Shown: one piece after another, positions 26,785-38,608 of the stretch | Layout: the number at the start of each line of letters is the position of its first letter | Position numbering within the stretch: position 1 is the first letter of the stretch | Assembly: GCA_964106915.2 (NCBI GenBank) | Contig: OZ066917.1 | Reading direction: 5' to 3' (one strand) | Length of the DNA: 64,000 nucleotides | DNA from: Podarcis gaigeae | Lineage: Eukaryota | Position numbers and translations under genes: made by a program | The notes under the pieces: generated by a model | Seen by the model: only the letters and a program-made list of their open reading frames with translations | What the model was told of the DNA's origin: nothing | Databases searched by the model: none

Positions 26785-27057
26785 AACCCCCGGAGGTTGT
26801 CATGGAACTATCTCAGCAGATCATCTCATGGGGACAAAGTGCAAAGTTCACCTGCAAGGTTCGGGGGAACCCCCAGCCATCAGTTGTGTGGCTGCGTAAT
26901 GCAGTTCCGCTCTTCTCCAGCCACCGAATGCAACTCTCTCGCAAGGCCCTACGTGTCTCCAGTGTGGGGCCTGAGGATGAAGGGATATATCAGTGCATGG
27001 CAGAGAATGAAGTTGGGAGTGCACAGGCTATGGTTCAGCTGAGGACTACTGGGCCTG
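26785..27057 (+). CDS. BOC: BOC exon, Ig domain 4
   Basis: ttttcag|AA CCC...CCT G|gtaagt; PPEVVMELSQ...YQCMAENEVGSAQAMVQLRT; 273 nt. Confidence 0.97.
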
Positions 27058-27138
27058 GTAAGTCCAAAATAAAGTTCAAAAGGTTCGTATAGGGATAATG
27101 AAATAAGAATTGTAAAGCACTTTGAACAGCAAAAGTAA

Positions 27139-27271
27139 GTATAATAATAATAATGTTGTTGTTGTTGTTGTTTATACTCCACCCATCTGGCTGGGTTTCC
27201 CCAGCCACTTTGGGCAGCTCCCAACTGAATATTAACACAATACAGCATTAAACATTAAAAACTTCCCTAAA
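27139..27271 (-). mobile_element. Short L2-family 3' end
   Basis: cccatctggctgggtttccccagccact...aaaacttccctaaa, reverse complement of the same family. Confidence 0.8.
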
Positions 27272-27854
27272 TAGTCTCTCATTGCATTAGTATTAGGGGT
27301 GTATCTGTCTATACACGGGGCTGCTTATTCTCTTTATGCCAAGTCATGCAACTCAAGTTAGTTTCTGTTCTGGAAAGGAACTTCCTGAGATTCCTACTTC
27401 TCAGATGTGTGGCTTTCAGAGTATTGGAGAAATGAACCTGAACACATGCAAGTTATATCTTGAGTAGGTACCCTCAGTACTTAGGGGGAAAGTTGCTTTC
27501 CCTGCATAGCTCTGTTTCATGGACTGAGCTTCTTAAATTCTTTATCTGTCCATTTACATATGTATTAAGTGTTTGAATTACCCTCCACACTTCAGCTGCA
27601 ATAGCAACACTAAAAGCCGCTTAAAAAATCAAAATGACAAAATATTTGTAAAAATATTGATAAAATAGTGATAAAATAGGTGATTGTGACAAACATTACA
27701 GATGTCTCTTTTCTGACACCACTCTTTCTCTATTGTTTGTTCATTAGAAACCCCATTCTCTACCAAAATAAAACTGCACAAATTAAAATTCTCCAACTAG
27801 AACATAATTTGTAAAGGGACTGAGTCAGATGTACTTAGAATTTAATGAATTTAA

Positions 27855-27887
27855 CATACATACATACATACATACATACATACATAC
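27855..27887. repeat. (ACAT)n microsatellite, probably the tail of a - strand retroelement fragment extending to about 28120
   Basis: 8 units followed by tttatttgtatgcc...gcgggttacaaca. Confidence 0.85.
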
Positions 27888-28520
27888 CTTTATTTGTATG
27901 CCACTCTTCCACAGTTCAAACCATGCTCAAGGCGGGTTACAACATGAACAAAATATAAAACTACAACATAAACAATAAAAAAATTAAACAGACAGAACCA
28001 CACTGAACAGTTTCCACCAAAATTACAAGAAGATCTAAAATAAAAATACAAAAAACCAACAGCAACAATTCCCCCCAAAATAAACCCCCCTAAACAGTGC
28101 CCCAGCCCAAGAGCTTTTGTAGCTGTAGTCAGTCTAGGCCCCACCTTCCCAGGCCAAGTGGGAAAAGGCCTGCAAGGCAGGGAGCAGGTCTTCCAGGACT
28201 CACAGCCAAGATGCTCTCATTGGTGTCAATGAGACAGCATTTGGATTTTGTGTAGACAAGAGTAGGCTGATGCCTAGTGCACCAAAATCCAGGTGCTTAG
28301 AACTTCCCCTCTGGCTACTTAAAGCAGACTTTCCATCTTCTAAAGAAGCCAAAGGCCTATGGAAAAATTTGGCTTGTTAAGTTAAAAGGAAGAAGCCTAA
28401 AGCCAACTGAAGACTCACGTAGTAGTTTATAGCCGTGGGAGACACAATGCAGGAATGGAAACTTACCCGACTTGATGGGTGTTATTCTACTGCAGTGCTA
28501 AGAAAACCCTAATAAGCTAG

Positions 28521-28523
<3 letters not shown>

Positions 28524-28567
<44 letters not shown>
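28524..28567. repeat. (CA)n microsatellite
   Basis: About 22 perfect units. Confidence 0.95.
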
Positions 28568-28568
<1 letters not shown>

Positions 28569-28681
28569 TCACCTTTTCCTGATAGTTGGGAGTAAGTGGG
28601 TATCAGTTTTAAGACAGTGGGTATCAGTTTTATCAGTTCAGTGCTCCAGCATTTGTTCAAATCATCTCTCTTGCCTTCTAG

Positions 28682-28980
28682 GAACAACTCTGAAGCCACA
28701 GCAAGGTTCTGTTGCTGATTCAGCTCAGTCGGCCTTGTCACCTACCCTGCTTAGCAACAGTGAAAAAATGCTGAAAGACAAAGCAAACTTCCTAAGACCC
28801 AGGCCCACCACACCATCCGTGTCTGTTCAATGTACTACCAAAGAGTTGGTGTCTCCAGCTGAGGCCCCAGTCATCCTTAGCTCTCCCCGGACTACAAAAA
28901 CGGATTCATATGAGCTGTTGTGGAAACCACGGCATGATGGCAAAGCCCCAGTCCTCTACTATGTTGTAAAACACCGCAAG
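28682..28980 (+). CDS. BOC: BOC exon, linker plus FNIII-1 N-half
   Basis: ttctag|GA ACA...CGC AAG|gttagc; PAEAPVILSSPRTTKTDSYELLWKPRH...LYYVVKHRK; 299 nt. Confidence 0.94.
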
Positions 28981-30640
28981 GTTAGCACATTCCTTTTTAA
29001 CTGATTTCTGATAATGATGCTGAATTACTCTTTCTCTGGAAAGCTCTGTATAGCTTACACTTTCTTGCCAGTTTAGGTAGCAGCAGCCCATCTTTTGGAT
29101 GGGCAGGATATTTGTCCTGTGTGCGGTCTCTGAATTTCAGTGAGTGATAGCAGCATAAGGAACAGGCATAAGGAAGTGGGTGCTTTGGTGCAAGTTTGAG
29201 ATCAGCATGGGAGAGAGAACTGCAGAGATGTATGTATCAGTGAGCAGGAGCAAACTCAGGATGTACATAACCCTGGGATGATGCATATACTTTACTTAGT
29301 CTGGGGCATTTCTTCCCTCTCCCACTACCCTCCCTCCTCTTTTGATGAACTTATCCTTACCATAAGACAGATTCCAGTAAAGTAATGATTCCAGACCATC
29401 ATGGTATCTTAGCTTGCTGCATGTACCTTCCTCACTTTGTTCGTTGGTTGTGGTCTCTCTTTTTTCAGTCGCTTCACCTGGAAGGCTCTTGGGTCAGAGG
29501 GAGTCACCATGGGTCACTGCACTTAGGACTAATATGTTTCCAGCACAGAGCAAATTCTCAGCTGGAGATTCTTTCTTGTATCTTAAAGGTCTTTACAGAA
29601 GGAAACTGTTCCTGTTAACCCTGCTATCATTTTCATTTGCGTGGCTGGTAACCAGACAGACACCCTGAAATGGGCTTTATGTAAAGGAGAAGCTGGGTTT
29701 AGACAAATTCTGAATAAACATGATTATATCATAGCTCGTTTCAATAAATCTATTCTGACATGTGCTTACTTGAGGTGTAAGTGCATTTCAGAGCTAAGTC
29801 ATACTCAAATGTGACTTATGGAAAACAATGGATAGGGCTAAGTAATGTTAACTCATTTCAGTGGATGTATTCTGCATTGGATACCATCCAGTTTATGGAG
29901 TGCCCACGTGTACTACATGTGCTAAGTAAATAACCTGTACTGCTTATAAATCTTTTAACTAAAGATGGCACTGAAAACTCATTAACCCTGTGCAGCTTTG
30001 TTCAATACATCCACAGCACAAATTATAACATTGTGATTACATATTCCTTGGGAGATGAGAATAGTGGTGAATGGAGAAGTGGTACCTACCTCATATGTCA
30101 ATTGATTGAGGCAATTAGTAGCAGTGGGTATCAAACACTAGAATTCAGTCATTTGCCAGTAGACAAGTAGTTCTGCTCATTTCAGATTGCAGGTTTGTCT
30201 ACAACTATCTGTGATAAATATGGCATGGTCTCATTTTCCTATTGGAGGCAAAATAGGATGTTCCGATTTCTTTTTTAGGACAAAATTGTAGGGTTGTTTC
30301 CAATTCAAAGAAGGCACTGTAGCCTATAAGTGCCTTTCACCAGTGGAATGTGAGGATGATAAGTTTTCAATGATTCCTCATCCTTTTCCAGTCCCCTATG
30401 TCCCCGTCCCCCCATCTGCTCCAGACAAAGGGGATATTTGCAAAAAAAAGCCTCCCTCTTTGTCACATTCACGGAAACTTTCACTGGAGCTAAGAGCCTA
30501 CAGTGAGTGGAGGGACACAGTTGGATACAACCTGTAACTGTTTGGTAAATGCACAGATGCACAACCTGTGTAGCTTGCAGCTGCTAAGCAGACATTGAAG
30601 TTCTCTCCCTTGATGGTGTTGATTTCCCCCCTATAATTCT

Positions 30641-31116
30641 TGATGATGATGATGATGATGATAATAATAATAATAATAATTATTATTATTATTATTATTA
30701 TTATTATTTATTATTATTTATACCCCGCCCATCTGGCTGGGCCTCCCCAGCCACTCTGGGTGGCTTCCATAAAAACCAAAAATACAGTAAAATCACACGT
30801 TAAAAACTTCCCTGAACAGGGCTGCCTTAAGATGTCTTCTGAATGTCAGGTAGTTGTTTATCGCTTTGACATCTGCTGGAAGGGCGTTCCACAGGGTGGG
30901 CGCCACTACCGAGAAGGCCCTCTGCCTGGTTCCCTGTAGCTTTGCTTCTCGCAATGAGGGAACCGCCAGAAGGCCCTTGGCGCTGGACCTCAGCGTCCGG
31001 GCAAAATGATGGGGGTGGAGACGCTCCTTCAGGTATACTGGACCGAGGCCGTTTAGGGCTTTAAAGGTCAGCACCAACACTTTGAATTGTGCTCGGAAAC
31101 ATACTGGGAGCCAATG
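30641..31116 (-). mobile_element. L2-clade LINE 3' end with trinucleotide tail
   Basis: HWLPVCFRAQFKVLVLTFKALNGLGPVYL...RAFSVVAPTLWNALP; compound (GAT)(AAT)(TAT) tail. Confidence 0.88.
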
Positions 31117-31236
31117 ATAAAGCTCTGCAGCTGACTTTTCTTTCATTGTCATATGGTTATTTTTGGATTGGGAAATAGCTAATAATCTTCATTTTCTTCT
31201 ACTCAGATAGAAGGGCTGTAGTTCAGTAATCAAGTA

Positions 31237-31464
31237 CAGTGGTACCTCAGGTTACATACACTTCAGGTTACATAGGCTTCAGGTTACAGACTTCGCTAAC
31301 TCAGAAATAGTACCACGGGTTAAGAACTTTGCTTCAGGATGAGAACAGAAATTGTGCAGCAGCGGGAGGTCCCATTAGCTAAAGTGGTGCTTCAGGTTAA
31401 GAACAGTTTCAGGTTAAGAACGGACCTCTGGAACGAATTAAGTACATAACCAGAAGTACTACTG
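31237..31464. mobile_element. Second copy of the same Tc1/mariner MITE, opposite orientation, inserted in a SINE
   Basis: TA-CAGTGGTACCTCAGGTTA...AAGTACTACTG-TA; interior is the reverse complement of the 18981 copy. Confidence 0.88.
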
Positions 31465-32014
31465 TACTTGTATTGCATGCAAAAGGTTCCAGGTTCTTTA
31501 GTTTCCAGAATCTCCTGGTAGGAGAGAGCCATTGCCAAGCAGTGTAAACCATTATGAGCTAGATAACAGGCAGCTTCCTGCGTTACTTTATTCCTATGTT
31601 ATCTCATACCAGTTTGCCACTGATTATTTTATATATGCAGCACACATGTTTAAACAATTTTATTTTATAATTCTCAATTGCTATTAGCAGGACTTTCTGT
31701 TACAACATGGAATTGTAAAGGGGTTCCTCTGAGTGGCATCAGTTTAATAAGATCATGCTGCAAAGTAGCTTAATGCTTCTGAGAATTTACTTGTCATAGC
31801 ATTCTTGCTGTTGTCATTACTACTCAAATCCAAACTGATTTTGTCAGTATGCATGACACTTTGCAGAATACAAGCCAATCTAAAATTTACACTGGGGAAA
31901 ACATAAAGGAAGGGGAGGAAAGGAGAGGTGGGTTAAAAAAATGAAGCAATGCAGTAATGCACTTGTTTCGGTTGCATTTGCTTAGGCTTTATTTCTGCAT
32001 GTGCTGTAGTGAGG

Positions 32015-32390
32015 ATCAGATGGGGCTTATCAGCCTGGAAAAGTAGCCCATCTAAGAGAAGGAAAACTCTGATCCTAAACCTCTGCTGCCTTGTGGGATA
32101 TCTTTGGGAGAAAATGGTTAAGGAGTAGACCGAACAAAAAGTGGAGTTCCTAACATGATTGGGCGGCGCCTTTTACGCCTCCTTCCAACAACTCCTAGTG
32201 CCAAGCATATTGCTCTGCTTTCCTTTGGACCACATCAGCAAGGCTGAGAGAGCAAGGGTCTTGTCATATGGACAGCCCAGGACCTCCGTACTTGCTTGTG
32301 CCCTGGGGAGTTCACTTTGGTGCTGCTAACACAGCAGTTTGCCTTCATCCCTGCACTCTATTGTCTCTCAAGACAGACAGATGCCAGCAA
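32015..32390 (+). mobile_element. Probable non-autonomous RTE-related retroelement
   Basis: agcccatctaagagaaggaaaactctgatcctaaacctctgctgccttg resembles RTE 5'UTR-derived elements (recall only). Confidence 0.35.
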
Positions 32391-32504
32391 GAAGTTTATT
32401 TAGATCTTGTTTTGGCTAAAAATGCTCAAGAACCCTTTTATCCGTAATAAGGTGAAGGTAATTGAATCCACTCATAGGTGTGCTTGTTCATTGTCCTTCC
32501 ACAG

Positions 32505-32664
32505 GTATTGAATTCTTCAGACAGCTGGACAGTCAGGGATGTCCCTGCCAACCAGCATCATCTGACTCTAATAAAACTGGACCCAGGAAGTTTGTATGAG
32601 GTGGAGATGTCTGCCTACAACTGTGCTGGAGAGGGGCAGACAGCAATGGTGACCTTCAGGACCG
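32505..32664 (+). CDS. BOC: BOC exon, FNIII-1 C-half
   Basis: ccacag|GTA TTG...ACC G|gtaaag; LDPGSLYEVEMSAYNCAGEGQTAMVTFRT; 160 nt. Confidence 0.96.
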
Positions 32665-32890
32665 GTAAAGATGTAGTACTTTCCCATGAGTTGTAAATTC
32701 TCTCCTTGTCCTGATACTGAAGGCTTTGTTGTTTAGAAATTTGCTTTCATTAATAATAATAATGTTAATAAGACACGGTTACATCCATGGAATGTAAGCC
32801 GCCACAGAATGTTGGTGAAGTTTATCATTCAGAGCAATAAGACACTAAAAGTTTATCTCATGCCATCTTTGCTATTTTTGTCTTGCTTAG

Positions 32891-33001
32891 GGCGTCGACC
32901 CAAACCAGATATCATAGCCAGCAAAGAGCAGCAGATTCAGAAGGATGACCCTGGCACCAGCTCTCGGAGCAGCAACCAATCCGACAATACGCGCCTGTCC
33001 C
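32891..33001 (+). CDS. BOC: BOC exon, FNIII-1/2 linker
   Basis: gcttag|GG CGT...TCC C|gtaagg; RRPKPDIIASKEQQIQKDDPG; 111 nt. Confidence 0.95.
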
Positions 33002-33256
33002 GTAAGGCCATTTTCAGACTTGCGGCAGAAAGGGTTTTCTGGCTCTAGAAGTCTGATTATTCTTGGGGGAGGAGAGTTGGGAAAGATGGTGGTGTGGATG
33101 AGAAAAAGACAAGCCTGGCACAAGCAACAGGAAGGGAGTTTGCTTATCTCTGCTGCTTCTGTCCAGTCCTTATTAGGCCATGTTGCTCTTCAAAGTCTGT
33201 TTTACTGGCAACAAGCACCTATCAGACAAACTGTCTATTAATATGATAGTGAGCGA

Positions 33257-33560
33257 ATCATAGAATCGTGGAATTGCAGAGTTGGAAGGGACTCTGAGGG
33301 TCACCTAGTACAATCCCCTGTAATGCAGGAATCGGAACTAAAGCATTGATGACAGATCGTCATCCAGCCTCTGCTCAAAAGCCTCTAAGGAAGGAGAGTC
33401 CACCACCTTCTGAGGGAGTCTGTTCCACTGTCAAACAGTTCTTACTGTCAGAAAGTTCTTCCTGATGTTTAGTCAGAATCTTCTTCCTTGTAACTTGAAG
33501 CCATTGGTTCAGGTCCTACCCGCCGGAGCAGGAGAAAACAAGCCTGCTCCACGCTCCATG
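33257..33560 (-). mobile_element. CR1 LINE 3' fragment
   Basis: aatcatagaatc...agagttggaaggga...gttccactg...cttactgtcagaaagttcttcctgatgt, reverse complement of a CR1 ORF2 end and 3'UTR. Confidence 0.85.
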
Positions 33561-33915
33561 CAACACTTCAACAAATAGTGTTTTGATTATGATTGTTGCG
33601 GTGGGAGGAGCCTTGAAAAAATATGCAATTTCAAGAGGACACTTTTTACCGAGTCCAACTTGTCCGTGTGCGCACCTTTATTATTATTAATCATTAAATT
33701 TCTATACTGCCCTTCATCCAAGGATCATAGGGTGGTTTACAATATAAAAATATATACCATGGTAGCAAGAGCACCTTTTCTCTCCCCGTCTCCAATTGTT
33801 TTCTCCCTCTCTCTAGCACACTATTTCATCTTGCAAGGAAAGTTCCCTACAGCCCAGCTTTCCCAATCTAAAACTGGTTGTATCTCAGCTAATGTTATTC
33901 TTCTTTTCCTTACAG

Positions 33916-34122
33916 CTCCCGAAGCTCCAGATCGCCCCACCATCTCGATGGCATCTGAGACATCTGTCTATGTGACTTGGATCCCCCGTGGAAATGGAGG
34001 CTTCCCCATTCAGTCATTCCGAGTAGAATATAAGAAACTGAAGAAGATGGGGGACTGGGTGCTGGCCACAAGTGACATCCACCCTTCTCGTCTCTCTGTG
34101 GAAATTGCAGGACTAGAGAAAG
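33916..34122 (+). CDS. BOC: BOC exon, FNIII-2
   Basis: ttacag|CT CCC...AAA G|gtagga; [43 protein letters not shown]; 207 nt. Confidence 0.97.
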
Positions 34123-34598
34123 GTAGGAGATCTTCTATTCCCAGCATATAGGCTTCCTATGGTCCTTGGAAAGACTTAATAGTGACTTCATATCTTGCCT
34201 GCTGCCACAGAAACCATTACCCACGCCAAGGAGAAAAGGTCATTTCAGAGTTGGTTAGAAATTCATGGTCCTCTTCCAGAGAAATGAATCACTGTATCCA
34301 TGCCAAACTACATATTACCTGCAAATGTATCTAATGGCAGCCCAACAATTCTCTTTTTTCACACAGAAAGCTAGTGCAGATGGGTCAGTTAGGAACAGAA
34401 ACGTGTGTGCATGTGAGTGGAAGTTTAACCCTTTCCCTGCTTGCTGTTTCCCCACTTCAAGTGGAACAGATTGCCTCAGGAGATGATGGGCTCACTGCTG
34501 GAGATATTTAAGTTGAAGCTGCCGGGGGTGGGGGCGGTGTCCACAGAGATGCTGTAGTTTTAAGAGTCCTAGATTAAGCAGGGGATCCATCCCTAGTC

Positions 34599-34716
34599 CA
34601 TGGGTGTAGCCAAAGGGGGGCAGGGAGGGGCAGCTGCCCCCCTAAACCAAGTAAATCAATACAAAATAACTAACTGAGGTTCTTCCCCCCTAACATAAAG
34701 CCTGACTACGCCCATG
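34599..34716. mobile_element. hAT-like MITE
   Basis: TIR CATGGG(T/C)GTAG; flanks CCCTAGTC/ACCAAGTC (6/8 match). Confidence 0.7.
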
Positions 34717-35247
34717 ACCAAGTCTACAGTTTTATGGCTCTACAAAGTCACCCACGTCCCTAGTATCTTCCCTCACTGCAATATTTCAAGCCTTTGTTTA
34801 CCCTCAGAAATACAATTTTGAAGAAATGGCAGGAAGAAAAATGGTTAATTGTGTGTGTCCTTGTATCCATTTCTCCAAACTTCTACCCTAAAGCAGCTTT
34901 TCATGCAAATACAAAATCCATAGACCAACAGTTCTTTACACTTGTTGCCTTGAAGCATGTACATTAGCACTCAGTCTCTTCTGTGCATCTGAAGTAAGGT
35001 AGCAAATGTGATCTCTTGACCATTCAGACCAGGTTAAAAAACACCTGAACCTTTTAAAAAGCAGTCATTGCAAGATTAGACTTTAGCTGCTATTTTGTTT
35101 CTTAGTTCATTAGGTCAGGAAACACCATCTCTGCAGTATGTCATTTTGCCACCTGCTAATGTGGAATGTCTGAGTTTTCAGGAAGAGATGAACAAGGAAA
35201 ATACCAAGGTCAGAGGTCTGCTCACTTTTCTCCATTCCATACTCTAG

Positions 35248-35429
35248 GCACATCCTACAAATTTCGAGTGCGAGCGTTGAACATACTGGGGGAGAGTGAG
35301 CCAAGTGCTCCATCTAAACCACATGTGGTATCGGGCTACAGCAACCGTGTATATGAGCGCCCTGTCACAGGGCCATACATCACCTTCACGGATGCCATCA
35401 ATGAGACCACCATCATGCTGAAGTGGATG
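35248..35429 (+). CDS. BOC: BOC exon, end of FNIII-2 and start of FNIII-3
   Basis: ctctag|GC ACA...TGG ATG|gtaagc; TSYKFRVRALNILGESEPSAPS...GPYITFTDAINETTIMLKWM; 182 nt. Confidence 0.97.
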
Positions 35430-35592
35430 GTAAGCAGGGGAGGCAGAAGCTGGGACTAGAATTCAAAAGATAGGACAGGATTTTTTTTAATCTGTAGCAA
35501 AATGTGCTCAGTAAAATTGCGCAGGATTTCTTACAACATTATTCCTGTTAACACTGCTGATACTAACTAGTGCCAAATTCTAATTATCACTG

Positions 35593-35755
35593 CCTGGGTG
35601 ACCTTGGGCCAGTCACACTTCTCTGAAGTCTCTCAGCCCCACTCACCTCACAGAGTGTTTGTCGTGGGGGAGGAAGGGAAAGGATAATGTTAGCCACTTT
35701 GAGACTCTTTCGGGTAGTGATAAAGCAGGATATCAAATCCAAACTCTTCTTCTTT
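35593..35755 (+). mobile_element. Truncated CORE/MIR-like SINE with (TTC)n tail
   Basis: gggtgaccttgggccagtcac core motif, cacctcacagagtg, tail ctcttcttctt. Confidence 0.6.
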
Positions 35756-35787
35756 TGTTAATTTCTGCCATTTGCTCCTTTCTATAG

Positions 35788-35893
35788 TACATTTCAGCCA
35801 GCAATAACAATACTCCAATTCACGGTTTTTACATCTATTATCGACCAACTGACAGTGACAATGACAGTGATTACAAGAGGGATACGGTAGAAG
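35788..35893 (+). CDS. BOC: BOC exon, FNIII-3 (Hedgehog-binding domain)
   Basis: ctatag|TAC ATT...GAA G|gtaagg; [35 protein letters not shown]; 106 nt. Confidence 0.96.
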
Positions 35894-36431
35894 GTAAGGA
35901 TACATCAGCTGGTTGGATCCCAAATGTTAATGGCCCCAAATAGTCTACTGAGGGCTTATCCACACTTACCTTTTCTGCCCTTTTCCCAGTCTGCACTTTA
36001 AAGCTCCATATCCAAGTGCCCTTTTTTGCCCTGGAGCTTTCCTCATGAAAACTCGCTCTTTAAAGCTGAATTCAGAGGAAATGCCAATCTGAGTAACCCA
36101 AATTGCCATTTGTTGCGCTCCAACTTTAAAGAGCAACTTTATGCAAGGAAACCTCTGGGACAAAAAAAAAGAAAATAGTGTTCTGAGTCCCCCACTGCAA
36201 AGTGTTTATATGAAAAGGGCTTTTCAGTTGAAGCTGTCTGGGTGACTCATTGGGTTGCTGTGAAGATAAAATGGAGATGGGGAGCCATTGAGCTCCTTGG
36301 AACAATAGAGGGATGTAAATATAATAAACAAATCGTTTGCGTTGAGAGGAAAGGCCTCTTGGCTGGGTGGTGTGAAGATTCAGCTTCTGTACTTCTGACT
36401 AGTCACAGCGATACAGAAGCCCTTTCAGTAC

Positions 36432-36760
36432 TATGTCCCCCTCCCTGAGAGGTTCAGAGGGTGGCAACACAAGGGCCTTTCCTGTGGTAGCTCCCCAACT
36501 GTGGGATGCTCTCCCCAGAGAGGCTCGCCTGGCACCTTCATTACATGTCTTTAGGCGCCAGGCAAAAGCATTCCTCTTCAACCAGGCCTTTGACTATTAA
36601 ATAATCTATGACTTGTTATTATGATTCTTTTATTATGCTGTCTATTGTTATGATTTTTATTATTTTTTATTATTGGTACTCTGAAATGTGTTGTTAAAGT
36701 TGTACACCACCCTGGGATCTTTTGATAAAGGGTGGTATATAAATTGAAATAATAATAATA
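36432..36760 (+). mobile_element. Older L2-like 3' fragment (similar relics near 37430-37660 and 46760-47010)
   Basis: agggcctttcctgtggtagctccccaactgtgggatgctctccccagagag motif; (AAT)n tail. Confidence 0.65.
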
Positions 36761-36910
36761 GGCATTTCCCAGCAAGTGGGGGGGGGGGGGAATTGTGTTT
36801 GTCCCATGTCTATATTGCTGTGTGATAATACAGTGATCCGTTTATGGCATTGGGGTAGAGGTGCGAATAAAAGGAAAGTGACACTTGTGTGTATGTTGCT
36901 TCCTATTCAG

Positions 36911-37033
36911 GTGACCGGTACTGGCATTCTATCAGCCACCTCCAGCCAGAGACTTCATATGACATTAAGATGCAGTGCTTCAACGAGGGTGGGGAGAGTG
37001 AATTCAGTAATGTGATGATGTGTGAAACCAAAG
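36911..37033 (+). CDS. BOC: BOC exon, FNIII-3 C-half
   Basis: attcag|GT GAC...AAA G|gtaact; [40 protein letters not shown]; 123 nt. Confidence 0.96.
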
Positions 37034-37753
37034 GTAACTAGTCCAACGCTATATTCAGATGCCTCAGATGCTCCTCCTCCACTTTGCAATATGAATAAGT
37101 TTGTGAAGAGATCAAGAAGTTTAGAAATATATTATCCATGGGTGATTGTAAGATACGTGTGAGAAACTGATTAGGAGAGCAAATAATATGAAACTGAGGA
37201 AAGGGGGGAGTTCTGCTGATAAAAATTCATTCATTAACTGCAGAATTTGAAGGCTAGGTATAAGTCCCCCACCCCCATTGGTGAAAAAAGTGACTCAACT
37301 GGATATTATGCAGTAAGTCAGGAGTGGGGAACCTTTTTCCTCCCATTCCCTTCTGAGCCACCTTACGGAGGCCATGTGCCAGCATTGGGCAGAGCAAGAG
37401 GCAAAAATGGGCTGAGCAATGAATCCAAACTAGGTCCATAAACTATGAAGAAGCTGCAGTATGTGGAGGCTGCCTTGCACCTTCACTGCATATCTTTAGG
37501 TGCCAGGAGAAACATTTCTCTTTTCGCAGGCCTTTGACTGCCAACAGTCTATGGCCTTTTAAATCGGGGGGGGGGGGGGGGGAGTATTTTGTTTGTTTAT
37601 TACTACGTTATGTATTTTCATGTGATCCTTGGATGAAGGATGGTGTAGAAATTTAATTAATAATACATTGAGAGAACCATGTTGAGACTGAAAGATTGGA
37701 GTGGGCATGGAGGCTGTGTAAAGATCGTAACTATGCTTTTTTTTCTTTTGAAG

Positions 37754-37975
37754 CTCGCAAATCTGCAGGAGTGCCTGGTCACCTCCCACCCTCTACAGCA
37801 TCTACGATACATCACCCCCCACCCAACAGCGGCCATAATTTCTTAGGGGCAGGGGCCATGGTGGCTCGCTCCAGTGATCTGCCATACTTGATTGTAGGGG
37901 TGGTGCTGGGCTCCATCGTTCTCATCATTGTGGCATTCATTCCATTTTGCCTTTGGAGGGCTTGGTCCAAGCAGA
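37754..37975 (+). CDS. BOC: BOC exon, juxtamembrane plus transmembrane helix
   Basis: tttgaag|CT CGC...CAG A|gtaagt; SSDLPYLIVGVVLGSIVLIIVAFIPFCLWRAWSKQ; 222 nt. Confidence 0.96.
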
Positions 37976-38381
37976 GTAAGTGACTTTAACAAAAGGTACC
38001 TGTCACTCTGAAACAAAGGGGACACACACAACTTTGACTGGAGGTTATGGGCTGTAATAAGGGAAACCAACCCAATTTCATGATATTCCTATTCACAGGA
38101 AATGTTGCGTGAATAACTCATCCTCAAATAACTTTACATGTGCATGCAATTAAATTCTGACTTCCCAAAGTCATTTCATGAACCTAACTGTCTGAATTGA
38201 CTCTGTGGCCTTCAAAAGCCCACACATAACCAAGGCCCAAAGATATTCTATACTGTCCTCAGAATGTTTTTTCCTGTTTTCTTTTTCTTCCCCAATGGCT
38301 ATGTCTGCAGTGTTTCCAGTTTTGGCAGCAGCTCATGGTCTGTGTTCAGTCTTTAACATGTATATTATTTTGTCATTTCAG

Positions 38382-38608
38382 AGCAGAGCATAGATCTGGG
38401 TTTTCCTGGTGCAGGGCTGCTGGTGTCCTCTTGCCAGTACACCATGGTGCCCCTGCAAGGGGTCTCCACTCCTCGAGCTAATGGGCTGCGTTATGCGAAT
38501 GGCGTGCATCTGCCAGTACACCAGGGAGCCAATGGCCATTTCCCCTCAGCTACAATTGGATATCCCAGCGCAAAGTCACAGGATTACAGCCCAGATGAGG
38601 TTCAACAG
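38382..38608 (+). CDS. BOC: BOC exon, cytoplasmic tail 1
   Basis: tttcag|AG CAG AGC...CAA CAG|gtaaat; DLGFPGAGLLVSSCQYTMVPL; 227 nt. Confidence 0.93.

Noticed and set aside
32471-32504. In-frame upstream acceptor (ctcatag at 32477) adding VCLFIVLPQ
   Set aside because: Weak pyrimidine tract; the added sequence is the real exon's polypyrimidine tract and would insert into an FNIII fold.
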